Shown here piece after piece: positions 12,431 to 26,503 of a stretch of DNA of 64,000 nucleotides; within the stretch, counting starts at the first letter, position 1, and the number at the start of each line of letters is the position of its first letter. A program made the position numbers and the translations under genes. The stretch comes from Octopus sinensis. Its lineage: Eukaryota. The stretch covers positions 33,108,001 through 33,172,000 of the forward strand of contig NC_042999.1 in the NCBI RefSeq assembly GCF_006345805.1, in the 5' to 3' direction. A model generated the notes under the pieces. That model worked only from the letters and a program-made list of their open reading frames with translations. It made no database searches and was not told the DNA's origin.

Positions 12431-14025
12431 ATGTTAAACTTTACAACATATTCTTATCAATGAATTGACTTTATAGATAAGGAGTAATTATACAAGCCAT
12501 GAGTACATAAGTTGTGGACTGACTTACTGATTCGCATATGTGCGTGTCTGTGTCTGCCTGTGTATTTATCAGAAGCAACTAAGTACCTCATAATCCGAAA
12601 ATTCTTTCGCTCATTAGCACTTACCAATAATACGTGCTAATGCGCGAAACTTTAGGCCCTTGCATCACTTTGTATCTTCTGCTAAATATCATTGAAAATA
12701 TATATATATATACACAAATATATTTAGAATTCTGTCTGAGTTCACCATATCACAGACTCTAGGTAGTAGAAAATGTTTATGCATTTGAGCTCAGACATCT
12801 GAAATTGCTATATTGGGAAATCCATCTGAATGGAAATAATTTACTGATCGTATCACACTCATACTTTAACTAATCCAACAGCATCTAATTATAAAAAATG
12901 CGTTTAATATCCTGTCGTGAATCAAGAATAACTGTTATGATTTAACTTATATAAGGTCTTTGCTAGATATTTCTATGATTAAACTCATATGTTTAATTTT
13001 CATTTACTTGAGCATGGTGGCTGTTACTGCAGTAATGTATTACACAAGAGTGTTATTCACTAAAGTGAGATGGAGCAAAGGACACGTGAAATCAGCAAGA
13101 TGCCCAACAAACTTACATTTGCTTTACCCGTGGATATAAAGATAAATGACACCTTATTCTACGTTCTTACACTTTTACCACGCTAAGTTGGAGATCAACA
13201 TTGTCTACTGAGAGCAACAAAGCTTCCATTTTCAGAGAAAATGTTGGTATTATTCCTGCCGTGGTTTCTACCTTTGAATATTTTCAGCATTACAAATTCT
13301 GGACAATACTGTGTCTTGAAATTTTAAAACATAAATTCTGCAACCGGCTTTGCCCTGAAATTTCAAAACATTACAAATAATGAAACAAGATTTTTCCTAT
13401 AAAACTTTTAAAACACGCAAGTGAGCAATACATTTCAATTAGAATTATATTGGTAGTGATAGTATTACCAACATTTGACTTGTTTCTAATCAACAAAAGA
13501 GTGGAGGAGACCAAGTACGCTGCATCAAACCGGGAAATGAAACTTCATCTGAAAATAGGCACGCCAAATTGAATCACCGAGCGAAGTGCTTTGCCACTTA
13601 GAGTGCTGTTTTAATTAATTAAATTTTTTTCACTTATTACATTAATTATGATCGCGACAAGCAGTTTGCTATTGATAAAAAATATTATTTTTAATTAATC
13701 TTAATTATAATTATATGATTACATTTAAGATTGCATGCGTGTCTTTGCTTCTTCAGTACCAATTAACATCGGTGATCATGACTTATTGATGATGGTGCTG
13801 TTTAATGATTGATGAATGATTACTGATGGCGAATAAAACATGGAGTAAATAAACAAATAAATAGAATCCACGCATATGAAACAACATAATTAAATGAAAA
13901 ACAGAAATGTTATTTTTAACATTGGATATATCATCAGGGGTATCAGAGGGCGCTAAAGAATCCTGATGATGACGTTCCTGCTGCTGCTGCTACAACTACT
14001 ATTGCTGCTGCTGCTAATAATAGTA

Positions 14026-14028
14026 ATG

Positions 14029-14086
<58 letters not shown>

Positions 14087-14429
14087 TACCATGTCCACCA
14101 GCGCAAGCCTCATCATACAACTGTTACTACGAATACCACTAACAGCAAGATCAACAACAACAACAACAACAATGATAATAATAATAATAATAATAATAAC
14201 GAACTAAGCTAACATTGATAAGGTTGTAAAAGCAACGGTAATTTTCGAAGAAAAATATATTAATACTAAATGAGTGGAAATCGAACCGGTGAGTGTGTTA
14301 GAAAATAATTCATTAAGACTGTATGACACAACAAACGTTGCTTCAACAAAAGTGTTTAAATAAAGAATCTTGCAAACCAGACGCAAAAATGAAGTAATAA
14401 TAAAAATAATGAGAATAATAATAACAAGC

Positions 14430-14526
<97 letters not shown>

Positions 14527-14558
14527 TAATAATAATAACAATAATAATAATAATAATT
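14026..14558. repeat. Compound (AAT)n/(AAC)n microsatellites
   Basis: Tracts at ~14026-14085, ~14150-14198 and ~14415-14558. Confidence 0.95.
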
Positions 14559-14560
14559 AG

Positions 14561-15267
14561 GTGGACCACCTAATCTCTGGATGTAAAGTCTTAGCACCAG
14601 TGGAGTATAAATTAAGACATGACAGAGTTGGCCAATATCTCCACTGGCTAATAAGTCGGCATTACAATATCAAAACTGCCGACAAGTGGTATAATCACCA
14701 CCCTGAGGCTGTAACTTAAGGAGAAAATGTAACCATTCTGTGGGACTTTCCAGTACATACCGACCGAACCATCAAGGCCAATAAACCAGATATTGTTGTG
14801 AAAGACCAAAACAATACAGTTTGCTTATTGATCGACATGAGCATCCCCTGTGATCATAATATCTCAGCGAAAGAGTTTGACAAGCTCAGAAAATATAAAG
14901 ACCTACTCATTGAAATTGAGAAAATGTGGCATCTCAAGGCGGTTACAATACCAGTGATCGTAGGAGCACTAGGAATGATCAAGAAGGGAACCAAAAATTA
15001 TATGAGAATGATCCCTGGCTTACCATCCCTGCAAGAAGAGCAAAATATTATCTTAACTAGTACATCACACGTATTGAGAAGAGCATTGTCGATGTGAGAA
15101 CTGTTGCTGCTCATGTATTTTAATTTAACTTAAAAAAAAAAAGAAAATGAACGAACTACTGAGTTTCGCTTAATGGCCTACCAATGTATACTATGAGTTT
15201 CTTTGCCCTATGTGTCGAGAAGACACTCGGCAAGAAATGGAAGCAAATTTGAAAGAAGAAAAAAAAA

Positions 15268-15268
<1 letters not shown>
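14561..15268 (+). mobile_element. R4/Dong-type RLE LINE, 5'-truncated 3' end (copy 1)
   Basis: VDHLISGCKVLA..EYKLRHDRVG..HW, ANKPDIVV, LIDMSIP, KEFDKLRKYKDL, VGALG, stop at 15095-15097, 3' UTR, (TAA)n on both sides. Confidence 0.93.
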
Positions 15269-15336
<68 letters not shown>

Positions 15337-15339
<3 letters not shown>

Positions 15340-16571
15340 CAAGAAAAATACTGACAGGATCTAGGATGCATCACCCAAAATCTGATATAGAAAGACTATA
15401 TATACAACGTATAGAAGGTGGTAGAGGCCTTATACAGCTTGAAAACTACTATAAAATAACCACCATAGGACTGCAAAAATATCTACTTCAGAAGGAAGGA
15501 AAACTGATCCAGATAGCAGCAAAACACGAGCAAAACAAAAAACTGTTCTCAGTATTTAAGGAAGCTGACAAATACAAACAAGAAATCATACCACCTAATA
15601 AACACAAAGAAGAAGAAGAAGATGGTGAAGAAACAACAAAAGCTATAAAACAAATGAAATCCGAACTAATAATAGAACAGCAACGAGCCATGATAAAACG
15701 ATGGCAAGAAAAGCCCCTTCATGGTAAATACTGCACTAAACTAAACGCAGAAGAAATAGACAAAGAAAAATCCCAGCAATGGTTGAGAAGCTCAGGACTC
15801 AAAGCAGAAACAGAGGGATTTTTAATCGCAGCACAAGACCAAAGCCTCCCCACCAGAAATGACCAAAAACATGTAATGAAGAGAAATATTACAAGTAACT
15901 GCAGAATATGTGGAGATGGACAAGAAACAATAAATCATATTATCTCTAGCTGCCCAGTCCTGGCTAAGAAGGAATATATTCACAGACATGACAGAGTTGG
16001 AACCTACATACATTGGAAGCTATGTCAACATTATGGAATAACAAGAGAAAAAAGATGGTATAGGCACACACCAGAAAAGGTCACAGAAAACGAGAAAGCA
16101 ACCATACTCTGGGATATGCCGATACACACAGATAGAGAAATTAAGGCCAACAGACCAGATATAGTTGTCAGAGATCATGAAGAAAAAAAATGCTTTCTAA
16201 TTGATGTATCAATACCGGCAGATGACAACGTGTCTCTAAAAGAAATGGAGAATGTCTCAAAATACAAAGACCTGGAAATAGAGGTAACTAGAATGTGGAA
16301 CCTGAAAACAGAAACAATTCCTATCATAGTAGGTGCATTAGGCATGATAAAAAAATATTCAGACAAATACATAACAAAAACACCAGGACTTACAAACACA
16401 TATAACATACAGAAAATTGCACTACTAGGCACTGCACACATCCTACGCAGAACACTTTCCATACAATAACCATCAGAGCATCACAACAAATCACAGTACA
16501 TACCCAAGGCACACAGAGCTGCGCTCGGTAGTGAAGTGAAAGCACGCTATAAAAATAAAACTACTGAATAA
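15337..16571 (+). mobile_element. R4/Dong-type RLE LINE, 5'-truncated with open ORF (copy 2)
   Basis: Stop-free MHHPKSDIERLY..GGRGL, ETEGFLIAAQDQ, CRICG...ETINHIISSC zinc knuckle, RPDIVV/LIDVSIP/SKYKDL RLE motifs. (TAA)n on both sides. Confidence 0.95.
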
Positions 16572-16572
16572 A

Positions 16573-16667
<95 letters not shown>
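16572..16667. repeat. Fold-back microsatellite (AAT)n followed by (ATT)n
   Basis: About 15 AAT units switch to about 16 ATT units at ~16617. Confidence 0.95.
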
Positions 16668-16710
16668 GAAAAATACCAGTACCAGTTACAGTAAATACCA
16701 AAATCCAATA

Positions 16711-18450
16711 CCAGTAAAATCTGTCTCATCAAAAGTAATACATGATTTTTGTAATAAAATTTGGGTAGAAGAAAACACAATAAAAAGGCCCCTGGATTAA
16801 TAGAATATCTACTGACTTAGACTCCTCAGAAGACCAAAAGTGGGGGCGTATAAAGGTAGCGGATGTAAGGTCTCTTCTCAGAAAATCAAGCAAATGGAAG
16901 TCTCCGGGCAAGGGTAAAATTCCTACCTTCTTGTTGAATGTCTTTTCACATTCATGAACTGATAGCAAACTTTTGCAACAATATTTTGCAACAACCTAGA
17001 ACGTTTCCTTATTCGCTAGTTAATGGTGCTACATATCGCCTTCCAAAAATAGAAGAAAATGAACCAAAAATCTGTAAACCCAAAAGCTGCATAAGAACAA
17101 TGTATGCAATACTAACATCTGTCTTGATTGAATTACCTATAGATTTTTTTATAGAAAGTGATCCCTAATGACCAAAAAGGATGTAATCGTGGGTCTTAGT
17201 CATCAATAAGATGATCTTCGAAGATCGTCACAAACAACGCAAGAACTTGGCGATAGCCTGGATAGATTATACAAAAACCTTTTGATAGTTTACCACATAT
17301 CTGGGCTAAAAAAACATGTCAGGAAATTTATAAAATAGCACCTTCTCTACGAAACATTTTATCTATAAGTATGAGATCATGGTGAACCACACTGACTTTG
17401 AACATTGGCAACGAATCTCTTAATGCCGGAGATCTAAGAACTTCATGTGGCATTTTCCAGTGTGACTCTTTATCACCACTGTTCTGTTGTCTTTTTTATA
17501 CCTTTCTCTAAACTGCTCGACGAAATATGATACAACTATAAAGTATTTGACAAAAATATAGATCATCTCTTTTGCATGGATGATATAAAGCTCCTTGCAA
17601 AATATGTCCAACAACTACACGGCTTACTAGAGATTGTTAAACATTTTATTGATGACATCAGAATGCAATCAGTTTTCGAAAAATGGGCAAAAGCTACCTT
17701 TCTCTGAGGAAAAATGATAGAAACATCCAACGTTTATCCTAACAGAATGTCATAAAGGAGTTAGAATCAGTGAAGAGCTACAAATACCTAGGGTATTTGA
17801 AGGTGATGGAATCACACATTCAATGATCAGGGAAAGGATCAGAAAAGAATGTTATCGCAGGGTAAGAACAATACTCAAGACAGAGCTGAATGCAAGAAAT
17901 GAGATCGAAGCTGTCAATACTTTAGCCATACCGGTTGTGACTTATACTTCCAATATTATTTACTGGTCAATTATTGAAATATGTAATCTTAACAGAAAAA
18001 TACGAAAATTGTTGACAGCGCATAGGATGCACTACTCAAAGTCAGATACAGAACGAATTTACCTGCTAAGAAAAGGGGATGACCGTGGGCTTTTACAACT
18101 GGAATTAACAATGAAGATTTCCACAAATGCCCTAAACACCTACCTGAAAAACTCTGATGACTGGATGTTAAAACTTGTCTTAAAGAACAAAAACAAGAAA
18201 ACATCATTCTCAGAAACAAAACAGGCAAAAGAATATTTGAGTTCCAAATACAAAAGAAATCCAAGAATTACACATACTAGGAGAGAAAAAAGGAGAGAAT
18301 CAAGGAGAGAAAAAGCTAAGCGTATAAGAACCCATGCTAAAACTGCTACCTTAGATACTCTTACTGATAAATGTCAAGAGAAAAACCTCTCAATGGTAAA
18401 TATCCAACGTTATGTAATGACGTGGATGTTGACAAAACACTTATTCAGTG
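16711..18450 (+). mobile_element. Decayed R4/Dong-type LINE, RT region (copy 3), cut off at its 3' side by the Tx1-like element
   Basis: Collinear with 23450-25210 (KWKSPG, GIFQ.DSL, MIRERIRKECYRRVRTILKTELN). Many indels and stops. Confidence 0.9.
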
Positions 18451-18451
18451 T

Positions 18452-19870
18452 AGATCAATTCGCTCTTGCCAATGTTGACCGCATTTTGAAAAACACAAAT
18501 GAAGGCAGCACCTACCTCTCTATTCTCACCTTTCTCTTCAAATTACACTTAAATAAGTTGATAAGGGATTAACCAGATAGGGATGTGCCTGTCTTCAAAT
18601 CCACCACACAGCCTCTTTGCAGACAAAGACCTGCCTTCCTTCTCTGCTGTGGGAAGGAATTACGTTCATCATCAACATACACTCAGTAGACAGCTGAATT
18701 CGTATTTCACGCGACAACTGCTGTGCCGCACAATCCCAAAACTCTCTAATGAACGGACACTGAATTATTGTATGTAGGACGGTTTCGTCACCCTGCAAGC
18801 CTGTCGGCAAGTTAGACTTTTGGCACTTCCATGCCTGAATTGCTTGTCTCAGACGGGTAAAGCCTCTCTGTAGCACTGCCAAGCCAAATACTTTTGGAAA
18901 ATGTCCATGTTCTTCAGACTGCTCGAACTGTTCTCGTTGATGCGTGGATTCCATCCTAGGTCATCATCACTCATACACGCAACTGGCCCCCTACAGAAAT
19001 ATTCGGTTGTTTTCCCGCTAACGGTAGCTAGTACACTGCATTGAGCGTCTGGCAGAATTGTAGATGCCAAACGTCCAGCCTTGGCCTATGTTTGACCAAT
19101 GTCTACAGCTCTATCTGAGAGAGGAACCGTGGAAAGTCGTGTCGCACGAAAGATGCCCACGCCAGTTTACCCACATTTTCATCATCGTCGTCGTCCACAT
19201 AGTTGGAATGATTTATATATATATATCTGTATGTGTGACAGCTTCAAAGCGTGGCGTCTCATCATTAAGGATGGCATCACAAGACCTCCACAGTGCGGAT
19301 GTTGACAGCAAAAGGATTTTCTGACCAACGGAACTTGATCCTTCCATAAGGATCGGAAAATTCAGCGCTCCAATATGGTTCGAGTTTTCACAGGCCAAGG
19401 GTTCGACAGGTAGGCGGTAGTACACTACATAGACGATATATGCATTCGCCACCTCCGCCCGGTCTTTCAACGACAGCGTCCTTTCTACTCATTTCTGTCT
19501 GAAATTAGCCATCCTAGCCATGACATTTTCCCACTTTCTATCTACTTGGAGATCTGGTCCGAACCAGACTCCGAGCTTTTTCACTGAGGCCTCCCTCCAG
19601 CGACAAAAGTTGCTGTTAGTCAACTTGTCCCTCCAAGTGCCTAGTTCAGACTTACTTACTTACCCTGGTTTATGAGTGCACATGTGCATTCCTGATATTC
19701 TTTCAGTATAGTGTCGGCTTTCCTATGCCTGAAGAGTCCGACGGCGTGAGTGATGTCGACCGTGTATGCAGACATAGGTCTCCAATAGCTAGTTCCAGTA
19801 GGTTACCCCTCAAATTCTCTATCCTTCGCATCAACGGTTCTAAAACTAAAATATATAATATGCTGTAGCT
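18452..19870 (-). mobile_element. Tx1/L1-like LINE remnant (RT end and CCHC region)
   Basis: Minus strand: ILYILVLEPLMRRIENLRG, SAYTVDIT (YADD region), ETVLHTIIQCPFIREFW. Related to 28528-30270. Confidence 0.85.
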
Positions 19871-19954
19871 ACTAATACTACAACTACTACTATTCTGATA
19901 GTACACGAATCTGAGGCCCAACTACCACTACCCCAACCCCTACTATTGTTGCTA

Positions 19955-21295
19955 TGTATCGACGGGCTAACGATACCGTCGAGGGAGGTTATGAAGCATA
20001 TAGAAGAGATGGGCTATGAGTACTTGGGCATTTTGGAAATGGATAAATTGATGGAGAAAGAAATGACAGAAAAATTTAAGGTAGAGTACTTGCGCAGACT
20101 GAGACTGATACTTAAGTCGAAATAAACGGACAGAATTTAAATTGAAGCTATGAACACCTGGGCGGTTCCAATCTTTAGATATGGTGTAGGGGTAATCCCA
20201 TGGACAGTAGACGAGCTAAACAGCTAAGACAGAAAGACAAGGAAGTTGCTAACGAGATATGGGACACTCTACCCAAAATGTAATACAGGCAGACTGTATG
20301 TACCAAGAAGAGGGGGAATAGGACTTATTGGAAGCGAACACAGCTTTAGAGTAGAAGAATACGACATAGCATGGTATATAAAAAATGCCGCTATTTTTAG
20401 AAGTAAGAATGTGAGGCTTCTGTAGGATGAAAGGTTGCAAAGTTAAAGCACTGTACAAAGAGTTGAAAACGAATGAAACTGAAAATAGTTGGGCAAAGAA
20501 AAGACAATTTCATAGGGATGTTAAAGAAAAGACAGATAGAGATAAAGATGGCTGTGGATGGTTAAAAGTGATTTAAAACCTAAAACGGAGACTCTCATCT
20601 GTGCTGTCCAAGAGCAAGCACTAAGAACAAGCTACATAAAATACACAATAGACAACACATCAAAAAGTGAAAAGTGGAGAATTTCTGAACATATCGCATA
20701 TCACCAGTCAATATACGCTACTTGCCCAGAAGCAATATCAGAGACGCGACGATAATATAGCCAGGCTTGTCCATTGGACACTTTACAACATGTATGGACT
20801 TGACGGAGCAAAATATTAGTACAATCATAAACCCGAAGGCACCATCCAAAATGATAATGCAAAGATACTATGCGATTTAATGATTCAATACGACCATGAG
20901 ATAGGGAATAGGAAGCCGGACGTAGTCTTATTTGAGAAAGAAGGTAAAGTATGCTGGATCATAGATGTAGGATGCCCAGCTGACAAACAGGTATGCAATA
21001 ACGAAGAACGAAAAGTCGAGAGATATGACTGGTTAGCTTGGGACGTTAAGCTGCTGTGGTCGATGAAAAAGGTGATAATATTACCAATAATTGTCGGAAC
21101 CCTGGTAACAGTGAGCAACATTCTTGAGAAGTACATAAAACAAATAGGGGCTGCATAAGGGTGGAGCACCTGCAGAAAATAGCACTGCTCGGAATCACTG
21201 GAGTACTCCGGAAGGTGCTCGAAAAATAAGAGGTGTTACGTTAGTTCACTGACACTGAACAGCTGTAGTACATCTCCTAGAAGCTGTGCAAAAGC
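19955..21295 (+). mobile_element. R4/Dong-type LINE of a second subfamily, decayed (copy 4)
   Basis: GYEYLGILE, EYLRRLRLILKSK, MVKSDLKPKTETLICAVQEQALRT, RKPDVVL..CWIIDVGCP, IIVGTL. Followed by (AAT)n at 21296-21470. Confidence 0.9.
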
Positions 21296-21344
<49 letters not shown>

Positions 21345-21424
21345 TAATAATAATAATAATGATAATAATAATAGCAACAACAACAACAACAATAACAACA
21401 ACAACAACAATAATAATAGTAGTA

Positions 21425-21469
<45 letters not shown>

Positions 21470-22294
21470 TGACTATAAGAATGTGTAAAATTGCCTTTTA
21501 AATTGCCTTTTATTGTAACAACACATTTAAATGCACAATAAAAAATTATGGAAGTAAGCACCTGCTAATATATACATACAACTGAATTCAGAAATTTAAA
21601 AAAATATATACATAACATTGAATTCAGAAAATTAAAAAAATCATCGACGTGAACATCAGATAAAATTGTGTGTGTGAGTATACATATACATATACATATG
21701 TATGTGGAAAGGAAGAAAGGAGAAGGGAAAAAAATAAATGTAAACAGGTTTGACCTTTACTGACCATTAATGTCATTTGTCTATTGGGCTATCTCTCCAC
21801 CATCTGCTGAATCGATTTATAGATCCATAGAACATGACCTCTTTAACCACCCCCACAAAATGGCAGTAGTGGTGGTGATGGTGAAAATGATAGGAACAAA
21901 AATAACAATAATAAGATACTGCTGTGACTACACATAAAACAGTATCATTCATGATGATGATGATGATGGTGATGGTGATGATGATAATGATGGTGATGGT
22001 AATAACAATAATAACTGACAGATCCCTTTTTTTCTTTCTTATTCTCCGTACTTTATTCTCATTATTTCGAACTAATACAGGCAGAATGAGCCTTTTATAG
22101 GTTTAAAAGAGGAAGGGAAAAGAAGGAAGGAAAATGGGGAAGAAGGAGAAGGAAAGAAAGAGAGAGGAAAAAGGGAAGAGAAGGGAAAAATGTTCGGAGA
22201 TAAAACTATCAACAAAAAAATACAGATCTGCTAGCCTTAAGAATCTGCGCTACGAGCAATGCTTACGTGTAGAGAACCCTAAACTGACAGATCC

Positions 22295-25200
22295 ATCTCC
22301 TAATGTAAGAGTGGAAGCTCGTCATGTTTCAATGTCAACAAATCAAACTACAAACCGCATTGGTCGTCGCGCAGATTACAAAAGACCACGTACCCGAAAA
22401 TTTAATCAAATTCTGATTGAAAAATCAGCTACTGGATCAAATCTTCCCAACACACAGAAGCTGGACGTAACCCACAACCGGAATATTCCAACAGATTGCC
22501 ATCCATGCTCGTCACCAAATAATCAAAAGAAGAAGAAGGAAAAATGGTCTAGGGAAGATAATAAAGAAGTTCTTGCAGCCTTCTACCATGCCATATATTT
22601 CCCCACAGATAAATCTAATACTATACAAACCTACTTAAACTGGAGACAGAAACACCCTGATCAAGTTAGACAAGCAATATCGGATAAAATGAACGAAGCT
22701 GCAGCTAGAGAAGATAATACAGAGGAAATAATTATAGACCAGTCCAGGGCTGATAAAAACGAAGTAAGAATTGAAAGAGTTAATATAAGTGATAGGCAAA
22801 GTGAAATACTCCCTGAACCAATCATAAACACTAAGACAGATGAACATCAAATAGATAAAGAAATTCACAGAAATATTGACCCAACAGAACTACATGAGCT
22901 AAAAAATCAAATCATGATTGAATGGCAGAAAATTAAAGAAACCAGCATGGATGAACGTGATACATTCCCTAAAATCCGCAACTCTAGCCAAAACATGAAA
23001 ATAATTGGTAAAATCCGGCTTGCACTTAAGGATATAATTGCAGCTAATGATGTTGATATCACAAATCTCAACAACCTATAATATGCATCCGCGAAAATCT
23101 CAACGATCCTATGTGGTGTAAAGATTAGAAAACGGCAACATTCCCACAAAAGGCCTTCTTGGCAAGAGCGTTTGCAACAACAAATTAAACTATTTATATC
23201 TGACATTGAATATTTGAAAAACCTTAAGTTTCACAAGACTACCAAACCTACAAAAACCCAAAAATTACTGAAAAATTACAATATGAAAATTATACTTGAT
23301 ATTGATGCCACCATAGAAACCATCAAACAAAAGGTCTGCCAAAGCTACCCTAAAAGCGAGGTATGAAAAGCGTGTTAGATTATTCAAGGACAACAACATG
23401 TTCAAAAATAACCCCAAGAATTCTTACATGAAGATGGGAAAAACAGCGTTTACTGTAAGGTCTGTACTATCAAAAGAAGAAGTGCAGGGATTTTGGAATA
23501 AAATTTGGGCAGAAGAAAAAACACACAACGAAAAGGCCCCCTTGATTGACAGAATATCTACAGAACTGGACTCCTTAGAATATCAAAAGTGGGAGGGTGT
23601 CAAGGTAGAAGATATAAGATCTGCTCTCAGGAGGTCAAGCAAATGGAAGTCTCCAGGAAAGGATAAAATTCCTAACTTCTGGCTGAATGCCTTCCCAGAG
23701 AGCCATGAACTGCTAATAGAACTGTATAATGATGTTTTGCAACACCCTAGTAGGATGCCTCCTTGGCTAGTTAATGGGTTAACATTCCTGCTTCCAAAAA
23801 GTGAAGAAACAAATGAACCAAAAAAAATATAGACCCATAACCTGCTTAACAACTATTATAAAACGCTAACATCTGTCTTGACGGAATATACTTATAGTTT
23901 TTTAACAGACATAAGCATATTCCCTAAGGAACAGAAAGGATGTAAATGTGGATCCTACGGCTGTAAAGATCAACTACTCATCAATAAGATGATCTTTGAA
24001 GATTGTCACAAACGACACAAAAACTTATCAATAGCCTGGATAGACTATAAAAAGGCTTTTGATAGCCTACCACATAGCTGGATTAGGAAATGCCTGGAAA
24101 TGTATAAGATAGCACCAACTCAGCGAAACTTTTTGACTGTAAGTATGAGATCCTGGAGAAACACACTAACTCTGAACAGTGACAATGAATCCCTAAATGC
24201 TGGTGATGTAAACATTTCATGTGGCATTTTCCAGGGTGACTCACTGTCACCACTCCTCTTTTGTTTAGCCTTAATACCTCTCTCAAAACTGCTCAATGAC
24301 GCGTAGTACGGGTATAAATTATTTGATAAAAATATAAATCATCTCATTTACATGGATGATTTAAAGCTTTTTGCAAAAAATGACCAGCAACTCAAGAGCT
24401 TACTGGCGATAGTCAAACAATTCAGTGACGACATCACAATGCAATTCGGCCTCGATAAATGTGCAAAAGCTACCTTTATGAAAGGAAAAATGACAAAAAC
24501 ATCTAACGTTAACCTTGACCAGCAGAATGTCATAAAAGAACTAGACCCAGCGGAGAGCTACAAGTACCTCGGGGTAATTGAATGGAACGGAATAAGGCAT
24601 TTAGAGGTGAAGGAAAGGATCAGGAGAGAATGTTATCGAAGAGTGAGAGCAATACTCAAGACAGAGTTGAATGCAAGAAAGAGGATCGAAGCGATCAATG
24701 CATTAGCCATACCAGTCGTGACTTACAGTTTCAATATCGTTAACTGGACAATTACTGAAATTTGTCAGCTCGACAGAAAAGTAAGAACACTGTTGACAAT
24801 GCATAGAATGCACCACCCTAAGGCAGATACAGAACGACTTTATCTGCCAAGAAAAGAGGGATGCCGTGGTCTTTTACAACTGGCAATAACAATGAAGAAT
24901 GCTACAATTGGCCTAGAAACCTACCCGATAAAGTCTGAGGACTGGATGTTTGGATGTTAAAACTTGTCTCAAAACATGAAAACAAGAAAGCATCATACTC
25001 AGTAACAAAACAGACAAAGGAATATCTATGTGAATTCCGAATACAACAAATTTCGGAAGTAGACATACAAGAAACAAGCACAGAAAAAGCTAGGCGCATG
25101 AAAACTCGCGCCAAAACTGCGCCTTTAGATATTCTGAATGATAAATGGCAAGAAAATCCTCTCTATGGCAAATACCCAAAGAGAGCGAATAATGCAGATT

Positions 25201-26107
25201 TTGACAAAGCCCTGACCCAATAATGGCTAATGGCCTCTGGCTTAAAATCTGAAACAGAGGGGTTTATCATAGCAGCTCAAGATCAATGCCTACCAACAAG
25301 AAACTACCAGGCCAACACATTAAAGAACGGCAGTAGCACAACATGTCGTGTATGCCGACAACAAAATGAAACCATTGACCATGTTGTCTCCAAATGCAGT
25401 CTCCTAGCGCCTACAGAGTACCTCAGCAGGCATGATAGAGCTGCGCAATATATTCACTGGGTAATTTGCAAAAACCTGGATTTGCCCCATGAAAAAGAAA
25501 TGGTGGGAACACAATCCACCTCCAGTGCTTGAAAATGACCACATCTCACTCCTCTGGAACTTCACCATTCACACAGACAGAAAGATAGATGCAAATAGGT
25601 CAGACATCATATTGAAAGACTTCAGACAAAGAACATGCCTCCTCATTGATATGACTGTCCCAATCGATATAAACGTATCTGTCAAGAACTCCCAAAAACT
25701 GAGCAAATATGTGGTCATAATCTTGAAATAGAAATCAGCAAAATGTGGAACCTGAAGACTAAAACAATACTTGTTGTCATAGGTGCCCTGGGAATGATAG
25801 CGAAAGGGGCTAATTGCTACCTAACTCAGATACCAGGAAACCCCAAAAAGGCAGAAATTCAAAAGATAGTGCTCATGGGAACTGCTCATATCCTACGCAA
25901 AATACTCTCTAGGTAATCCCAAGGTTTAAAACAAACTTTAAAAAAAAATTTATTTATTAGGCATTCACTAGTACAACACCAAAAAAACCCCAAATATATG
26001 ACACACTAGGCATAACAACAACGTGAACTTCCAGCCTGTTGTCTCTTGAGGTCTCTGCGTGAAACTTGGAGCCAACTTGTACAGACATAAAGCAAAAGTC
26101 AAACATA
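22295..26107 (+). mobile_element. Near full-length R4/Dong-type RLE LINE, multiply disrupted (copy 5); 5' end possibly at ~22013
   Basis: N-terminal KWSREDNKEVLAAFY, KWKSPGKDKIPNFW, GCKDQLLINK, GIFQGDSLSPLLFCL, YMDDLKLF, CRVCRQQNETIDHVVSKC, RLE region, then (AAT)(GAT)(AAT) tract at 26108-26285. Confidence 0.95.
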
Positions 26108-26140
26108 TAATAATATTAATAATAATAATAATAATAATAA

Positions 26141-26286
<146 letters not shown>

Positions 26287-26446
26287 TACAAAACATAGTG
26301 CTACTAGGCACCGCACATATCAAACGTAAAATATTTTCAATACACTAAAAATATGTGAATCACAACAAACCACATCACATACACGAGGCACACAAATATG
26401 CGCTCGGTAGACCGGGGAAAGAACGTGATAAAAATAGAGATTACTG
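26287..26446 (+). mobile_element. Short 3' tail of an R4/Dong LINE (copy 6)
   Basis: QNIVLLGTAHI..IFSI plus a UTR resembling 16410-16571 (gcgctcggtag...actactg). (AAT)n on both sides. Confidence 0.85.
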
Positions 26447-26449
26447 AAT

Positions 26450-26503
<54 letters not shown>

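Noticed and set aside
14204-14573. Poly-Ile/Leu/Tyr/Asn/Ser ORFs here and at ~26100-26590, 40559-41706, 42732-43467, 44964-45446 and 57207-57629
   Set aside because: These are translations of (AAT)n, (TA)n, (GATA)n, (AGT)n and (AAG)n microsatellites, with no coding signal.
22220-22300. Possible HDV-like ribozyme in the Dong 5' region
   Set aside because: I could not thread the P1/P2/P3/P1.1 pseudoknot by eye; a descriptor search would be needed.
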